Origin: Anolis carolinensis
Taxonomy: Eukaryota
Assembly: GCF_035594765.1 (NCBI RefSeq)
Contig: NW_026943820.1
Span: forward strand, 4,408,193 to 4,472,192
DNA: 64,000 nucleotides
Direction: 5' to 3'
Made by a program: the position numbers and the translations under genes. How positions within the stretch are numbered: the first letter of the stretch is position 1; every line of letters begins with the position of its first letter. Below are positions 1 through 11,753 of this stretch, one piece after another. The notes under the pieces were generated by a model. It did not search any database. It was not told the origin of the DNA and worked only from the letters and a program-made list of their open reading frames with translations.

Positions 1-1
1 T

Positions 2-277
<276 letters not shown>

Positions 278-611
278 TCATGTCTGAATTTGGGACACGG
301 CAGGAAAAGAGCATCCCATAAACCTTTTATATCTATATATATCCGAGGGAAAAAGGGAAAGGCCTTATCTATAGGTTTAGAAATATAAACTGTTGAGATA
401 TTTTGTCGATGTTAATTTAAGCAGAAGTAAACAATTTGTAGGATATAAGGTGGAAGAAAAATATTAAATTATAGAGAAATAAAAAGGGAAGCACGAAATC
501 CACTTTTAAAATAAATTTATGTATATATGTTTGCAATATGTAATGTAATGAGAGCAAATATATGTTGTGTAGTTTGATATGCAATTGTTTTTAAATGCAT
601 CTATATGCATA

Positions 612-938
612 GGTAAAGGTTTTCCCCTAACATTAAGTCCAGTCGTGATCGACTCTGGGGGTTGGTGCTCATCTCCATTTCTAAGCCGAAGAGCCGGCGT
701 TGTCCGTAGACACCTCCAAGGTCATGTGGCCGGCATGACTGCACGGAGCATCGTTACCTTCCCGCCAGAGTGATACCTATTGATCTACTCACATTTGCAT
801 GTTTTCGAACTGCTAGGTTGGCAGGAGCTGGGGCTAATAGCGGATGCTCATTCCGCTCCTGGGATTTGAACCTGGGACCTTTCGGTCTGCAATTTCAGCA
901 GCTCAGCACTTTAACACACTGCGCCACCACCAGGGGCC
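612..938 (-). mobile_element. Sauria SINE, full length
   Basis: tRNA-derived head with B box (GGTTCAAATCC) and ACCTTT tail; same family at 18667-18850, 42840-43165, 46340-46665, 50498-51290, 57273-57606. Confidence 0.85.
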
Positions 939-1359
939 CATCTGTATGCATATGTATTGTTTTTTAATGTTCTTTTCTGTTTAAATTTTGATTAAAATAT
1001 TGGGGAGTGGAGGAAAAGAGCACCCCATGACCTAAACACAGAGGCAATCACTACAAAGCCAGGCAGTTTAAAAAGCCTGGTAGCCACAGTGGTTGGAATG
1101 CACTTAAGATGTGAAGCCCAGCACCTAGAATTTCTGAAATTGTGTTGGGGAACACAACAAAAAGGCTTGGAGATTGAGGCATCCCAGAATGGAGGCTAGA
1201 AAGCAAGAAGTGGCATTCAAAAAGTGTTTGCAGTGGTCAAGTCTGCCCGCTGTAGATTGCCCTAGCCCTCTCCCTGTCCATAAAGGGACACCTCCCAGAT
1301 GCACAAAGAGAGCAGGACCCTTTTAGGGTCACTTAACCAACAGCATTCAGCTCCATCAC

Positions 1360-1437
1360 CTTCTTGACTTTGGCCTGTTCGGTTTTGGAGTCCTTTTCTG
1401 CCTTCTTGGAAAGCTTCTCCAGCTGCTTGGCTGTAAA
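1360..1437 (-). CDS. CHMP1A: CHMP1A coding exon 3
   Basis: FTAKQLEKLSKKAEKDSKTEQAKVKK; 78 nt; canonical AG/GT. Confidence 0.97.
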
Positions 1438-2332
1438 CTAGGAAGAGAGAGAAGCAAAGGCTCAGCAAGTAAAGAGGGGGAGGAGGTGCTGACTACAGAA
1501 GAGGCTCCATTCCTGCAGTTCCTAATCATCCTGCATTAGCCCAGATCAGAGGAGAAAGTGAGCCTGCGCTGCCTGATGGCATATAATCCAATTACCGTCT
1601 GAGGGGCCGTGTCCAACTCATGCTGTGAAAAGGGACTCTGGTGGGAAAGTGCTTTGCATAGCATCACTTTGCTTCAGGTACAATTCACAGCAGAGTCACA
1701 CTGCCAGCAGGATACTAGACTCTGGAGGAGGACAATCTCTCTGCAGGGAACAACTCAATTCTGGCTGTTTCTCCTCAAATAGTAGAATAGGGATGGAAAA
1801 GATACAGCTCACAGGCTCAAGAAGACCCTAGATCCATTTTTGTGACTTCTAAATCCCCCCCTCCACAGTCCCATTTAATTTTCTGTGTGATCTCGGGAGA
1901 ATTTTTGCCTTAAAACTACATAGAAAGAACCTAAACAAAACAGGTCAAAACAACAGATCCCATCCCTTACAAGTACTGATAAATACCCATATAAAAATCA
2001 AACTAACCCTCTTCAGTCCCTTAAAAATGACAATAAGAGATTGTTAAGGTATTGAAGTTTACTGTGGAGACACTGGCTTTCCAACGTTGCAAAACTAAAC
2101 AAAGGGAACACTCCAAATTAACTAGAGACTCAGTGAGCTCTCCAAGAGCTGAGGTTTGGGGCCTCAGGAAAAAAGGCAACAACAGGAGACGCAACAGAAA
2201 TACACAAAAGTGTGTATGGTGTGGAGAAAGTGAAGGTTCTTCCAATTCTGCTCACAGTAGAACACAGAGTGTTGTCCCAATACAGAACAACAAGTGTAGA
2301 TTCTGTACAGAAGCACATATTTCTTCAAACTA

Positions 2333-2655
2333 CAGTAGAGTCTCACTTATCCAACATAAACGGGCCGGCAGAACGTTGGATAAGCGAATATGTTGGATAA
2401 TAAGGCGAGATTAAGGAGAAGCCTATTAAACATCAAATTAGGTTATGATTTTACAAATTAAGCACCAAAACATCATGTTATATAACAAATTTGGCAGAAA
2501 ATGTAGTTCAATATGCAGTAATGCTACGTAGTAATTACTGTATTTACAAATTTAGCACCAAAATATCATGATGTATTGAAAACATTGACTACAAAAATGC
2601 GTTGGATAATCCAGAACGTTGGATAAGCGAGTGTTGGATAAGTGAGACTCTACTG
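2333..2655. mobile_element. Tc1/mariner (pogo/Tigger-like) MITE, about 320 bp
   Basis: TIR CAGTAGAGTCTCACTTATCCAA with TA target duplication; other copies at about 6899-7190, 7488-7810, 9341-9840, 17488-17800, 33977-34305, 34624-34932, 38794-39108, 43590-44253 (nested pair), 51370-51689, 62258-62579. Confidence 0.85.
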
Positions 2656-3047
2656 TACATATCTAAATGATGGAATTTCCTGCCCAAAAGTGTGGTAACA
2701 GACAGCAACTTTGAAAAACAAATGCATGAGAGGGAAGTCTGTCAATGGCTATTAACCACAACAACTATAAGTTGCCTTCATGTTCAAACCTTGTAAAATT
2801 CCAGCCCCCAGCATTCCATAGCACGGAAGCATGGCTGTTAAAGTGATGTCAAGCTGCATTAATTCTACAATGCAGATGCAAGCCTATTCTGTTAACCCAG
2901 AAGCTTCTATCGCTGCAGAGTCCCCTAACAAAAACCTAGAAACCATCACAACATATGCTCATCACACAAACAGTATACCTATATGCACATTTTGCTGCAA
3001 GGCATCTCAGCCCTAACAAAAGCAAGTATCTCAATCTCAACACTCAC

Positions 3048-3067
3048 CTTTAACTGGAAAAGCGTAT
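3048..3067 (-). CDS. CHMP1A: CHMP1A coding exon 2 (20-nt micro-exon)
   Basis: AT ACG CTT TTC CAG TTA AAG|gtgagt = (D)TLFQLK; phases match exons 1 and 3. Confidence 0.93.
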
Positions 3068-3664
3068 CTGTAAAAGAGAAAAGGGACAACAGTTGGAAGA
3101 TTTCAGGGATTACAGTAGGGAATTAACTGTTATCAAAATTATTAAGAGATATATATCTGCTCTCTAGAGTACTTTCTGTAACTCTTTCTCCCAAGTCCGG
3201 AAAAAGGACATGCACCAATTCATCTCTAGAATATTACTGTAGCAATGATGGCATTCTCAGTTTCTCATGCATTTCACAGGGTATGTAACTGCCAGACTCA
3301 CATATCCAAATATAATAGGATGCCACGTGATTGCAGAGAGATTATAGTTTGGCTTTCAAGGGCCACTGTATTTGGTCATTTATTCTCTCTCAGGTGTGGC
3401 AGCTCCACCTCTTTTCTCTTCTGGAAATGAATCATTCGATCGCCCAGCCCTGTGACCTACAAGAAGCCGCCTTGATAAACAGTTTCAACACTGTGCCTCC
3501 TGCGCAGCATTCAGGAAGAGGAAATTATATGAGACAACAAGCAGAAAGGCATTTTAGGCTGTTGAAGATGCATCTCTGGGAGAAATCCGACTGAGCAGAT
3601 TTACTCCACAAAAGCAATTATTCAGAAGGAAACAAAATCTTCCCAGCACAACCTTCTTGCATTG

Positions 3665-3970
3665 AATCATAGAATGCTAGAGTTGGAAGAGACCTCAAAC
3701 AGGCCATCCAGTCCAACCCTCTTCGGCAAGGCTTGAGGACACAGTCCAAACCCTCCGAACATATAGCTATTCAGCCTCTGCTTAAAAATCTCCAGAGAAG
3801 GAGGCTCCCAGGCAACTAATTCCACCCTCAATTGGCTCTAATTCTTCCTAATTTCTGGGTGGGATCTTTTTCCTGTGCTTTGCATCCATTACTACATTTC
3901 TTAGTCTCCAGAGTATCCAAAAACAATCCTGCCTACTTGTCAATGGGACACTGTTTCAAATATTTAAATG
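3665..3970 (-). mobile_element. CR1 LINE 3' fragment
   Basis: catagaat..agagttggaagagacc CR1 tail in reverse; plus-strand CR1 3' end with local tandem duplication at about 4490-4925. Confidence 0.6.
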
Positions 3971-4002
3971 TGATACGGCATTGTATTCTCTTGCATCTAT
4001 GG

Positions 4003-4483
4003 AAGGCATCCTCAGAGGTAATGGGGTATGTTGGAAACTAGTCAAGTGGGGTTTATATATCTGTGGAATGTTCAGGATGGGAGAAATAACTCTTGTCTGT
4101 TTGAGGAAGGTGTGAATGTTTCAATTGGCCACCTTGGTTAGCATTGAATAGCCTTTCAGCTTCAAGGTTTGGCTGCTTACTGCCTGGGGGAATCCTTTGT
4201 TGGGATGTGTTAGCTGGCCCTGATTGTTTCCTGTCTGGAATTCCTGTTTTCTGTGTGCTGTTCTTTATTTACTGTCCTGATTAATACTGGTAACCAGATT
4301 TTGTTCATGTTCATAGTTTCCTCCTTTCTGTTGAAATTGTCCATACGCTTGTGGATTTCAATGACTTCTCTGTGTAGTCTAATATGGAAGTAATGTCAGG
4401 AAATAACGCTTCCGGAACATGGCCATACAGCCCGGAAAACTCACAGAAACCCAGTGATTCCAGCCTTGAAAGCCTTCGACAAC
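4003..4483. mobile_element. Penelope-like retroelement 3' fragments (minus piece followed by plus-strand terminus)
   Basis: Same sequence family at 6654-6772, 13795-13970, 35025-35450, 37422-37625, 54520-54648, 62668-62882; terminus gaaagccttcgacaacac. Confidence 0.7.
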
Positions 4484-4949
4484 TTAAGGGCTGTTCAACA
4501 GTGGTACTCTCTGCCTCCGAGTGTGGAAGCTTTTAAACAGAGGCTGGATGGCCATCTCTTGGGGGTGCTTTAATGGTGCTTTCCTGCATGGCCCATGGTG
4601 GTTCTTCCAACTTTATTATTATTATTATGGATGTGGGGCCATCTGTTGGGGGTGTTTTGATGGTACCTTTCCTGCATGGTCCATGGGGGTTCTTCCAACT
4701 CTTATTATTATTATTGAGGCTGTGTGGCCATCTGTCAGGGGTGCTTTGATGGTGCTTTTCCTACATGGTCCATGAGGGCTCTTCCAACTCTATTATTATT
4801 ATTATTATTGAGGCTGGTTGATCATCTATTGGGGGTGGTTTTATGGTGCTTTTCCTGCATGGCAGAATAAAGGGGGGCGAACTAGATGGCCTTTGGGGGT
4901 CTCTTCCCACCCTATGATTCTATGAAGCCCTCAGATCTCCCAAGCCTTA

Positions 4950-5440
4950 CTCTGACGCATCTGTTGTGCCCTGACGTCACACCTTGATGACATCACTCCC
5001 TAGGCGACGTCACTGCGCAACACAATCCCAGTCCTCTGAGGTCCTAAGAGCCTCAATTTTGGATAAACATAATATAAATATAATAATATAACAATAACAA
5101 CGGCCTCCTTCCCCTACTTTTGGCCTCCCTTACCGTCCATCCTGGCCTGAGTTGTTTTCCTCTCCTTCCGGCTCCTGTGTGTACTTTGCTTTCCAAGTCT
5201 TCCGGGTTCTTTGCCGCCCACTTCCGGCTTATCGGATCTCGGAAGCCTCAACTCTCGCGGGATCCCACTTCCCACCGCAGCTCATTCTTCAGCGCATGCG
5301 CAATGGGTCGGCGAGAAGCCCAGAAGCGAGGAGGCGGGGTTGGTTTCCTGGTGAGTCACGTGACCGCCCGAGGAAAATGGCGCCGGCGTGTAGGCGTTGC
5401 TGTGGCAACGCAGAAAGAAAAATGGGCCTGAGAAGAGCAG
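4950..5440. promoter_or_regulatory. CpG-rich bidirectional promoter shared by CHMP1A (-) and SPATA33 (+)
   Basis: CpG cluster with three CTTCCGG (ETS/GABP) motifs at about 5165-5227, NRF1 GCGCATGCGCA 5292-5302, GTCACGTGAC (CLEAR/USF E-box) 5355-5364, YY1-like AAAATGGCG 5374-5382, CRE TGACGTCA 4972-4979; plus-strand donor CTG|GTGAGT at 5351. Confidence 0.8.
5134..5140 (-). CDS. CHMP1A: CHMP1A coding exon 1 (ATG GAC G)
   Basis: AGG ATG GAC G|gtaagg next to the CpG-rich promoter; yields the MDDTLFQLK N-terminus. Confidence 0.9.
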
Positions 5441-5519
5441 AAGGGAAACAGTGGTTCTTGTAGTCCTAAGTATTATTATTATTATCCATTATCATTATCC
5501 AATTATTATTATTATTATT

Positions 5520-6199
5520 ATAATATAGGGATGCTCTATCTGTAGCTTCCCTGTATCATAATGCTTGTTATAATAATAATATAAGAATAATAAAGGAATT
5601 ATAATAATAATATAGGGATGCTCTATCTATAGCCTCCCTCTATTATAATGCTTGTTATAATAATAATAATATAGGAATAATAAAGGAATTATAATAATAA
5701 TATAGGGATGCTCAATATGTAGCTTCCCTGTATTATAATGCTTGTAATAATAACAACAACAACAACAATAATAATAATATAGGAATAATAAAGGAATGAT
5801 AATAATATAGGGATGCTCTATCTGTAGCTTCCCTGTATTATAATGCTTGTTATAATAATAATATAGTAATAATAAAGGAATAATAATAATAATAATAATA
5901 ATACAGGGATGCTCAATATGTAGCTTCCCTGTATTATGCTTGTTATAATAGTAATATAGGAATAATAAAAGAATGATAATAATATAGGGATGCTCTTATC
6001 TATAGCCTCCCTGTATTATAATGCTTGTTATAATAATAATATAGGAATAATAAAGGAATGATAATAATATAGGGATGCTCTATCTGTAGCTTCCCTGTAT
6101 TATAATGCTTGTTATAATAGTAATATAGGAATAATATAGGAATTATAATAACAATACAGGGATGCTCAATATGTAGCTTCCCTGTTTTATAATGCTTGT

Positions 6200-6242
<43 letters not shown>

Positions 6243-6420
6243 TAGGAATAATAAAGGAATGATAATAATATAGGGAAGCTCTATCTGTAGCCTCCCTGTA
6301 TTATAATGTTTGTTATAATAATAATAATAATAATTAATATAGGAATAATAAAGGAATGATAATAATATAGGAATATTCTATCTGTAGTCTCCCTGTATTA
6401 TAATGCTTGTTATAATAATA
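5520..6420. repeat. Minisatellite, about 85-100 bp unit with variable (TAA)n, about 11 copies
   Basis: Repeated tagggatgctctatctgtagcttccctgtattataatgcttgttataat; a diverged version continues to about 7950, interleaved with MITEs. Confidence 0.9.
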
Positions 6421-7269
6421 ACCGTAATAACAGAGTGATTTGTTGCAGCTGGCTGCTATCCAGCCTGCGCCACAGCCCATTTTGAAATGTGGTTACAAGG
6501 CTTTTTATCACCTTTACACAAAATTGAAAGCATGTATGTTCTCATCGGTGTACAAAGATCAACCATTCAATTGGTCTAAGCTGGCTCTCTCTGAGCCTAA
6601 CAACCAGGAAGACAAACAGGTGGTATTGAACAAAGGCACAATTAATGGTCTTTTATGCCTACCATAGATGTGGGCGAAACGTCAGGAGAGAATGCTTCTG
6701 GAACATGGCCATACAGCCCAGAAAACTCACAGTAACCCAGTGATTCTGGCCGTGAAAGCCTTCGACAACACATGTTATAAAACTTGGATGATAATAATAA
6801 TAATAATAATAGTATGAGGATGCTCAATCTGTAGTCTCCCCGTATTGTAATGCTTATTATAAAGCTTGGATTATGATAATATAATAATAATAATAATACA
6901 GTAGAGTCTCACTCTACGGCAGAACATTGGATAAGCGAATATGTTGGATAATAAGGAGAGATTAAGGAGAAGCCTATTAAACATCAAATTAAGTTATGAT
7001 TTTACAAATTAAGCACCAAAACATCATGTTATACAACAAATCTGGCAGAAAAAGTAGTTCAATATGCAGTAATGCTACGTAGTAATTACTGTATTTACGA
7101 ATTTTGCACCAAAATATCATGATATATTGAAAACATTGACTGCAGAAATGCGTTGGATAATCCAGAACGTTGGATAAGCGAGACTCTACTGTAATAATAA
7201 TAATATAAAGATGCTCAATCTGTAGTCTCCCCGTATTGTAATGCTTATTATAAAGCTTGGATTATGATA

Positions 7270-7301
<32 letters not shown>

Positions 7302-7365
7302 TAAAGATGCTCAATCTGTAGTCTCCCCGTACTGTAATGCTTACTATAAAGCTTGGATTATGATA

Positions 7366-7403
<38 letters not shown>

Positions 7404-8366
7404 TAAAGATGCTCAATCTGTAGTCTCCCCGTATTGTAATGCTTGTTATAAAGCTTGGATTATGATAAGATAATAATTATAATAATACAGTAGAGTCTCA
7501 CTTATCCAACATAAATGGGCCGGCAGAACGTTGGATAAGCGAATATGTTGGATAATAAGGAGAGATTAAGGAGAAGCCTATTAAATATCAAATTAGGTTA
7601 TGATTTTACAAATTAAGCACCAAAACATCATGTTATACAACAAATTTGACAGAAAAAAGTAGTTCAATATGCAGTAATGCTATGTAGTAATTACTGTATT
7701 TACGAATTTAGCACCAAAATATCACGATGTATTGAAAACATTAACTACAAAAATGCGTTGGATAATCCAGAACGTTGGATAAGGGAACGTTGGATAAGTG
7801 AGACTCTACTGTAATAATAATAATAATATGAAGATGCTCAATCTGTAGTCTTCCCGTATTGTAATGCTTGTTATAAAGCTTGAAAAAAGAAGAGGAAGAT
7901 GCTCAGCTTGGAGCATCTGTACCATAATGCTTGTTATAAAGCTTGGAGGAAGAAGCAGCAGCAGCTCAACTTGGAGCATCCATATCACAATCCTTGTTAT
8001 GAAGTTTGGATTAACAACGACAACAACTCTACTTTTGTCTTTGAAAGAAAATACAAAACTTGAGATTCTCCCTCCAGGCTGTTTTGCATATTGCAAAAGT
8101 GACCCAGTACTGATAGTTCCATCCCAGACCTGAAGACTATTCTACCTGGACATCCATGGACTTTGAGGACTGAAGAAGAGGAGGAAGACAAGGAGGAAGG
8201 GCTCCGGCCTGACTGCCTTTCTTGCCCTGGCCCCCCTCCTTTGGCTGCCCCCCATCCTCTTTGATGATGATGATGCCGCTTGGCTGGTGCAGAGTCACAA
8301 AAGGGCCAGCATGGCCAGCAAGGAGGAGGCTGAGCCCTTTTAGGGGCAAGGACGGATGGCTCATCT

Positions 8367-8406
8367 ATGGGGCGCTCTCACAGCAAACATGACGTTGTGG
8401 CACCAG
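8367..8406 (+). CDS. SPATA33: SPATA33 first coding exon (MGRSHSKHDVVAP)
   Basis: ATG..CCA G|gtaaga phase-1 donor; MGxxxS N-terminus resembles the mammalian SPATA33 MGxSKSK start; upstream acceptor ccctccag at 8077; syntenic position. Confidence 0.65.
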
Positions 8407-9551
8407 GTAAGATTCCCAGAAGCACGGAAAATGTACAGAGTGGCCCCTGGCTTGGAAGGGATCTGGGAGCCTTAGTAGACCATAAGTTGAAGATCAGCCA
8501 AAAGTGTGATGTGACAGCTAAAAAGGCCAATGCGATTCTAGGTTGCATCGCTGGTTTGCTTTTAATTACTCTGATTTTATCTGTTTGGATTTTAATGTAT
8601 TGTCCATTATTTTATTTTGTGTATCATTGAAATGTTTTAAGTTTTTGTCAAATATGTTGTGTCGTTGTTAATAATAATAATAATAATTTTATTCTTATAC
8701 CCCGCCCCATCTCCCCGAAGGGACTTGGGGCGGCTTACATGGGGCCAAGCCCAGACAGAAGAATATAAAAACAAACAATAAAACAGATCAATCAGACAAT
8801 AAAAGCAAGTCATAAAAAAACCACATACAAAATAAAATGATAAAATCATGGATTGGGTTCAAAGGATCTAGGCCAAAGTGCTAAAAGTGCAAATATATCA
8901 TGTTGTTTTGGGCTTGTCCCTGTTGTGAGCTGCCCCGAGTCCCTTCGGGGAGATGGGGTGGGATATTAATATAAAGTTTATTATTATTATTCATGTAATA
9001 TAGAATATGGATGAGTGGCTTGAAAACAGTTCACGAAAAAGGGATCTGGGAGTCTTAGTATACTACAAGCTCAACGTGAGTCAAGAGTGTGATGCAGCAG
9101 CTAGAAAGTCCAGTACGATTCTAGGCTGCGTCTATAGAGTCTAATTCAAGAGATGTAACATAAAATGTGGATGAGTGATGTTTGATTTGAAAACAGTCCA
9201 TGAGAAAGGAATCTAGGAGCCTTCCACACTGCTCTTTATCCCAGGATCTGATCCCAAATTGTCTGCTTTAAACTGGAATATATGACTTCCAACTGCCAGA
9301 TAACCTGGGATAAACAGAAAATCCGGGATCAGATCCTGGTACAGTAGAGTCTCACTTATCCAACATTCGCTTTTCCAACGTTCTGGATTATCCAACACAT
9401 TTTTGTAGTCAATGTTTTCAATATATCGTGATTTTTAGGTGCTAAATTCATAAATACATTAATTACTACGTAGCATTACTGCATATTGAACAACTTTCTC
9501 TGTCAAATTTGTTGTATCACATGATGTTTTGGTGCTTAATTTGTAAAATCA

Positions 9552-9727
9552 TTAGCTATGCCCAGCCACGCGTTGCTGTGGCTAGGACTGAATTTTTCTT
9601 TTCTTTTTGTTGTATGAACGTAGAGGCATGGATGAGAGGTTGTGCTGTCAATTTTCGAGGTTGTGGGGCATTTAGTTTAGTCGTTTTGTCCGGTGCCATG
9701 ATTCCATTACCCTTTTATATATATAGA
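9552..9727 (-). mobile_element. Short non-autonomous Helitron nested in a MITE
   Basis: Minus strand 5'-TCTATATATATAAAAG...CCACAGCAACGCGTGG (hairpin)...CTAA-3'; sits between A and T of host aaaatca^taacc with no TSD. Confidence 0.8.
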
Positions 9728-10192
9728 TAACCTAATTTGATGTTTAATAGGCTTCTCCACCATCTCTCCTTATTATCCAACATCTTCGCTTATCCAATGT
9801 TCTGCCGGCCCGTTTATGTTGGATAAGTGAGACTCTACTGTATATCGGGCAGTGTGGAAGGGCCCTGGGAGTCTCAGTGGCCCACAATCCAACAACAGTA
9901 TGATGTGTCAGTGCGATTCTAGTGTGCAACAATAGGGTTGAGGGAAGTCATAGTCCCTCTCTTCTGCTTTGGTCAGATCTGGAATAATCTTGTGTCTAGT
10001 TCTGAACATGAGCCAATAGTGGGATGTGGCAGCTAAAAAAGCCAATGCAGTTCTAGGCTGTTCTGGGGAAAGCAATTCAAGCAGGAGATGGACAAGGAGT
10101 CCAGAGAAGGACCACCCCAATGGCCAGTATAGATGATATTAATCATAGGGGAGATATTTGCTTTTCTTCTCAATCTTTTGGCTCTTCCGCAG

Positions 10193-10324
10193 CTCCTCAT
10201 ATGCATCGCAACGCAGAGACCAGCAAGCCCAAAGAGCCCAAGGCAACTGCTGCCCAGGAGCCATCCCATGCGCACTCCACCTCCCAGCCCTCCACGTCCC
10301 GAGCTGTGAGAAAGCCCCCCTCCC
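10193..10324 (+). CDS. SPATA33: Probable SPATA33 middle exon (3' boundary uncertain)
   Basis: Polypyrimidine tract plus cag acceptor at 10191-10192, in phase with exon 1; reads PHMHRNAETSKPKEPKATAAQEPSHAHSTSQPSTSRA; the best-looking donor (10306) is out of phase and the in-phase donor at 10325 is weak. Confidence 0.45.
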
Positions 10325-10369
10325 GTGGGGAAAGCGATGAGAGCACCAAGCATGCACACGCCCGGCTGC

Positions 10370-11160
10370 AAAATTGTGTGTATATGTATGTGTGTGTATG
10401 CCCAGCTGCAAACATGCATATATGTGTGTGTATATGTGTGTATGTATCATTTATTTATCATATATTTGGCCATTCATCCATCTATATCTGTATCTATATC
10501 TGTGTTTGCATATAGGTAATGGTAAGTGTGTGTGTGTGTGTGTGTGTTTGTGCATGTATTTGCATCCTATTTGTGTGAGTGTATCTATCATTTATTTATC
10601 ATATATCTGGCCATTCATCCATCTATATCTGTATCTATATCTGTGTTTGCATATACTGTATGTAATGGTAAGTGTGTGTATATGCGCGTGTGTGTGTTTG
10701 TGCATGTATTTGCATCCTATTTGTGTGTGTGTATCTATAATTTATCATATATCTGGCTATCCATCCATCTATATCTGTATCTATATCTCTATTTGCATAT
10801 AAGTAATGGTAAGTGTGTGTGTGTTTGTGCATGTACTGTATTTGCATTCTATTTGTGTGTGTACATCTATCATCTATTTATCATATATCTGGCTATCCAT
10901 CCTTCTTTATCTGTATCTATATCTGTGTTTGCATATAGGCAATGGTAAGTGTGTGTGTATATGTGTGTGTGTTTGTGCATGTATTTGCATCCTATTTGTG
11001 TGTATGTATCTATCATTTATTTATCATATATCTGGCTATCCATCCATCTTTATCTGTATCTATATCTGTGTTTGCATACAGGTAATGCTAAGTGTGTGTG
11101 TGTGTTTGTACATGTATTTGCATCCTATTTGTGTGTGTGTATCTAACATCTATTTATCAG
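10370..11160. repeat. TG/TA-rich minisatellite, about 140 bp unit
   Basis: aatggtaagtgtg recurs at about 140-bp spacing, 5-6 copies. Confidence 0.9.
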
Positions 11161-11265
11161 TTGGATATGAATCATTTGGGCCACATAGTTGTGCATCTGT
11201 TTGTAGTCAGTCTGTGCGATTTTCTTACAGCAGCTGAGGATATGATCAATGGTTTCGTCAGTTTC

Positions 11266-11297
<32 letters not shown>

Positions 11298-11487
11298 AAG
11301 AGATAGGGAAAAATATCTCTCCTGCCAGCTGTTAGGAATTGTGGAAACTGAAGTCCAAAACACCTGGAGGGCTGCAGTTTGCCCATGCCCGGCCTAGAAA
11401 ATGTCTAGAGAGTTTGTAGGATGTAGATCAATGAAACTGTGGGGACTGGCTTACAGATATGGGGTTGTTTTGCCACCTCTCTTGCAG

Positions 11488-11699
11488 CCTCTTTGGACAA
11501 ACTGAGCAAGAAGAAGCGCCCAATCCCCAAGATCATCGTGACGGGGCCCTCGGAGGAGTTGCTCGTCACCAGCTACTCGGACATGCTCCCCGAGACCAAG
11601 ACCATCCGCGACACCGAGGACTACGGCGCCTACACCGTCCACTCCAGGCCCAGCACCGTGGATGCCTACAGGGACAGGGAGAGGGAGCATGAGCACTGA
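11488..11699 (+). CDS. SPATA33: SPATA33 last coding exon (conserved C-terminal domain)
   Basis: KKKRPIPKIIVTGPSEE...KTIRDTEDYGAYTVHSRPSTVDAY matches SPATA33 PQIIIT...TIRE.EDWGPY..H..PST.DAY; ttgcag acceptor; TGA 11697-11699. Confidence 0.88.
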
Positions 11700-11747
11700 G
11701 GGGCCCGCCGAGGTCATCTATCCACTCGGTCCTGGACCCCGTCCCTC

Positions 11748-11753
11748 AATAAA
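11748..11753 (+). terminator. SPATA33 polyadenylation signal AATAAA
   Basis: AATAAA about 50 nt after the stop. Confidence 0.6.

Noticed and set aside
860-938. tRNA-like A/B boxes (also at 46340, 50756, 57273)
   Set aside because: SINE heads continuous with SINE bodies, not cloverleaf tRNA genes
8078-8366. Glu-rich open stretch upstream of the SPATA33 ATG as extra coding sequence
   Set aside because: The frame ends in TGA near 8262 and the nearby ATG opens only a 5-codon ORF; more consistent with 5'UTR
10325-11237. Overlapping Cys/Val/Tyr/Ile-rich ORFs
   Set aside because: Translations of a TG/TA minisatellite
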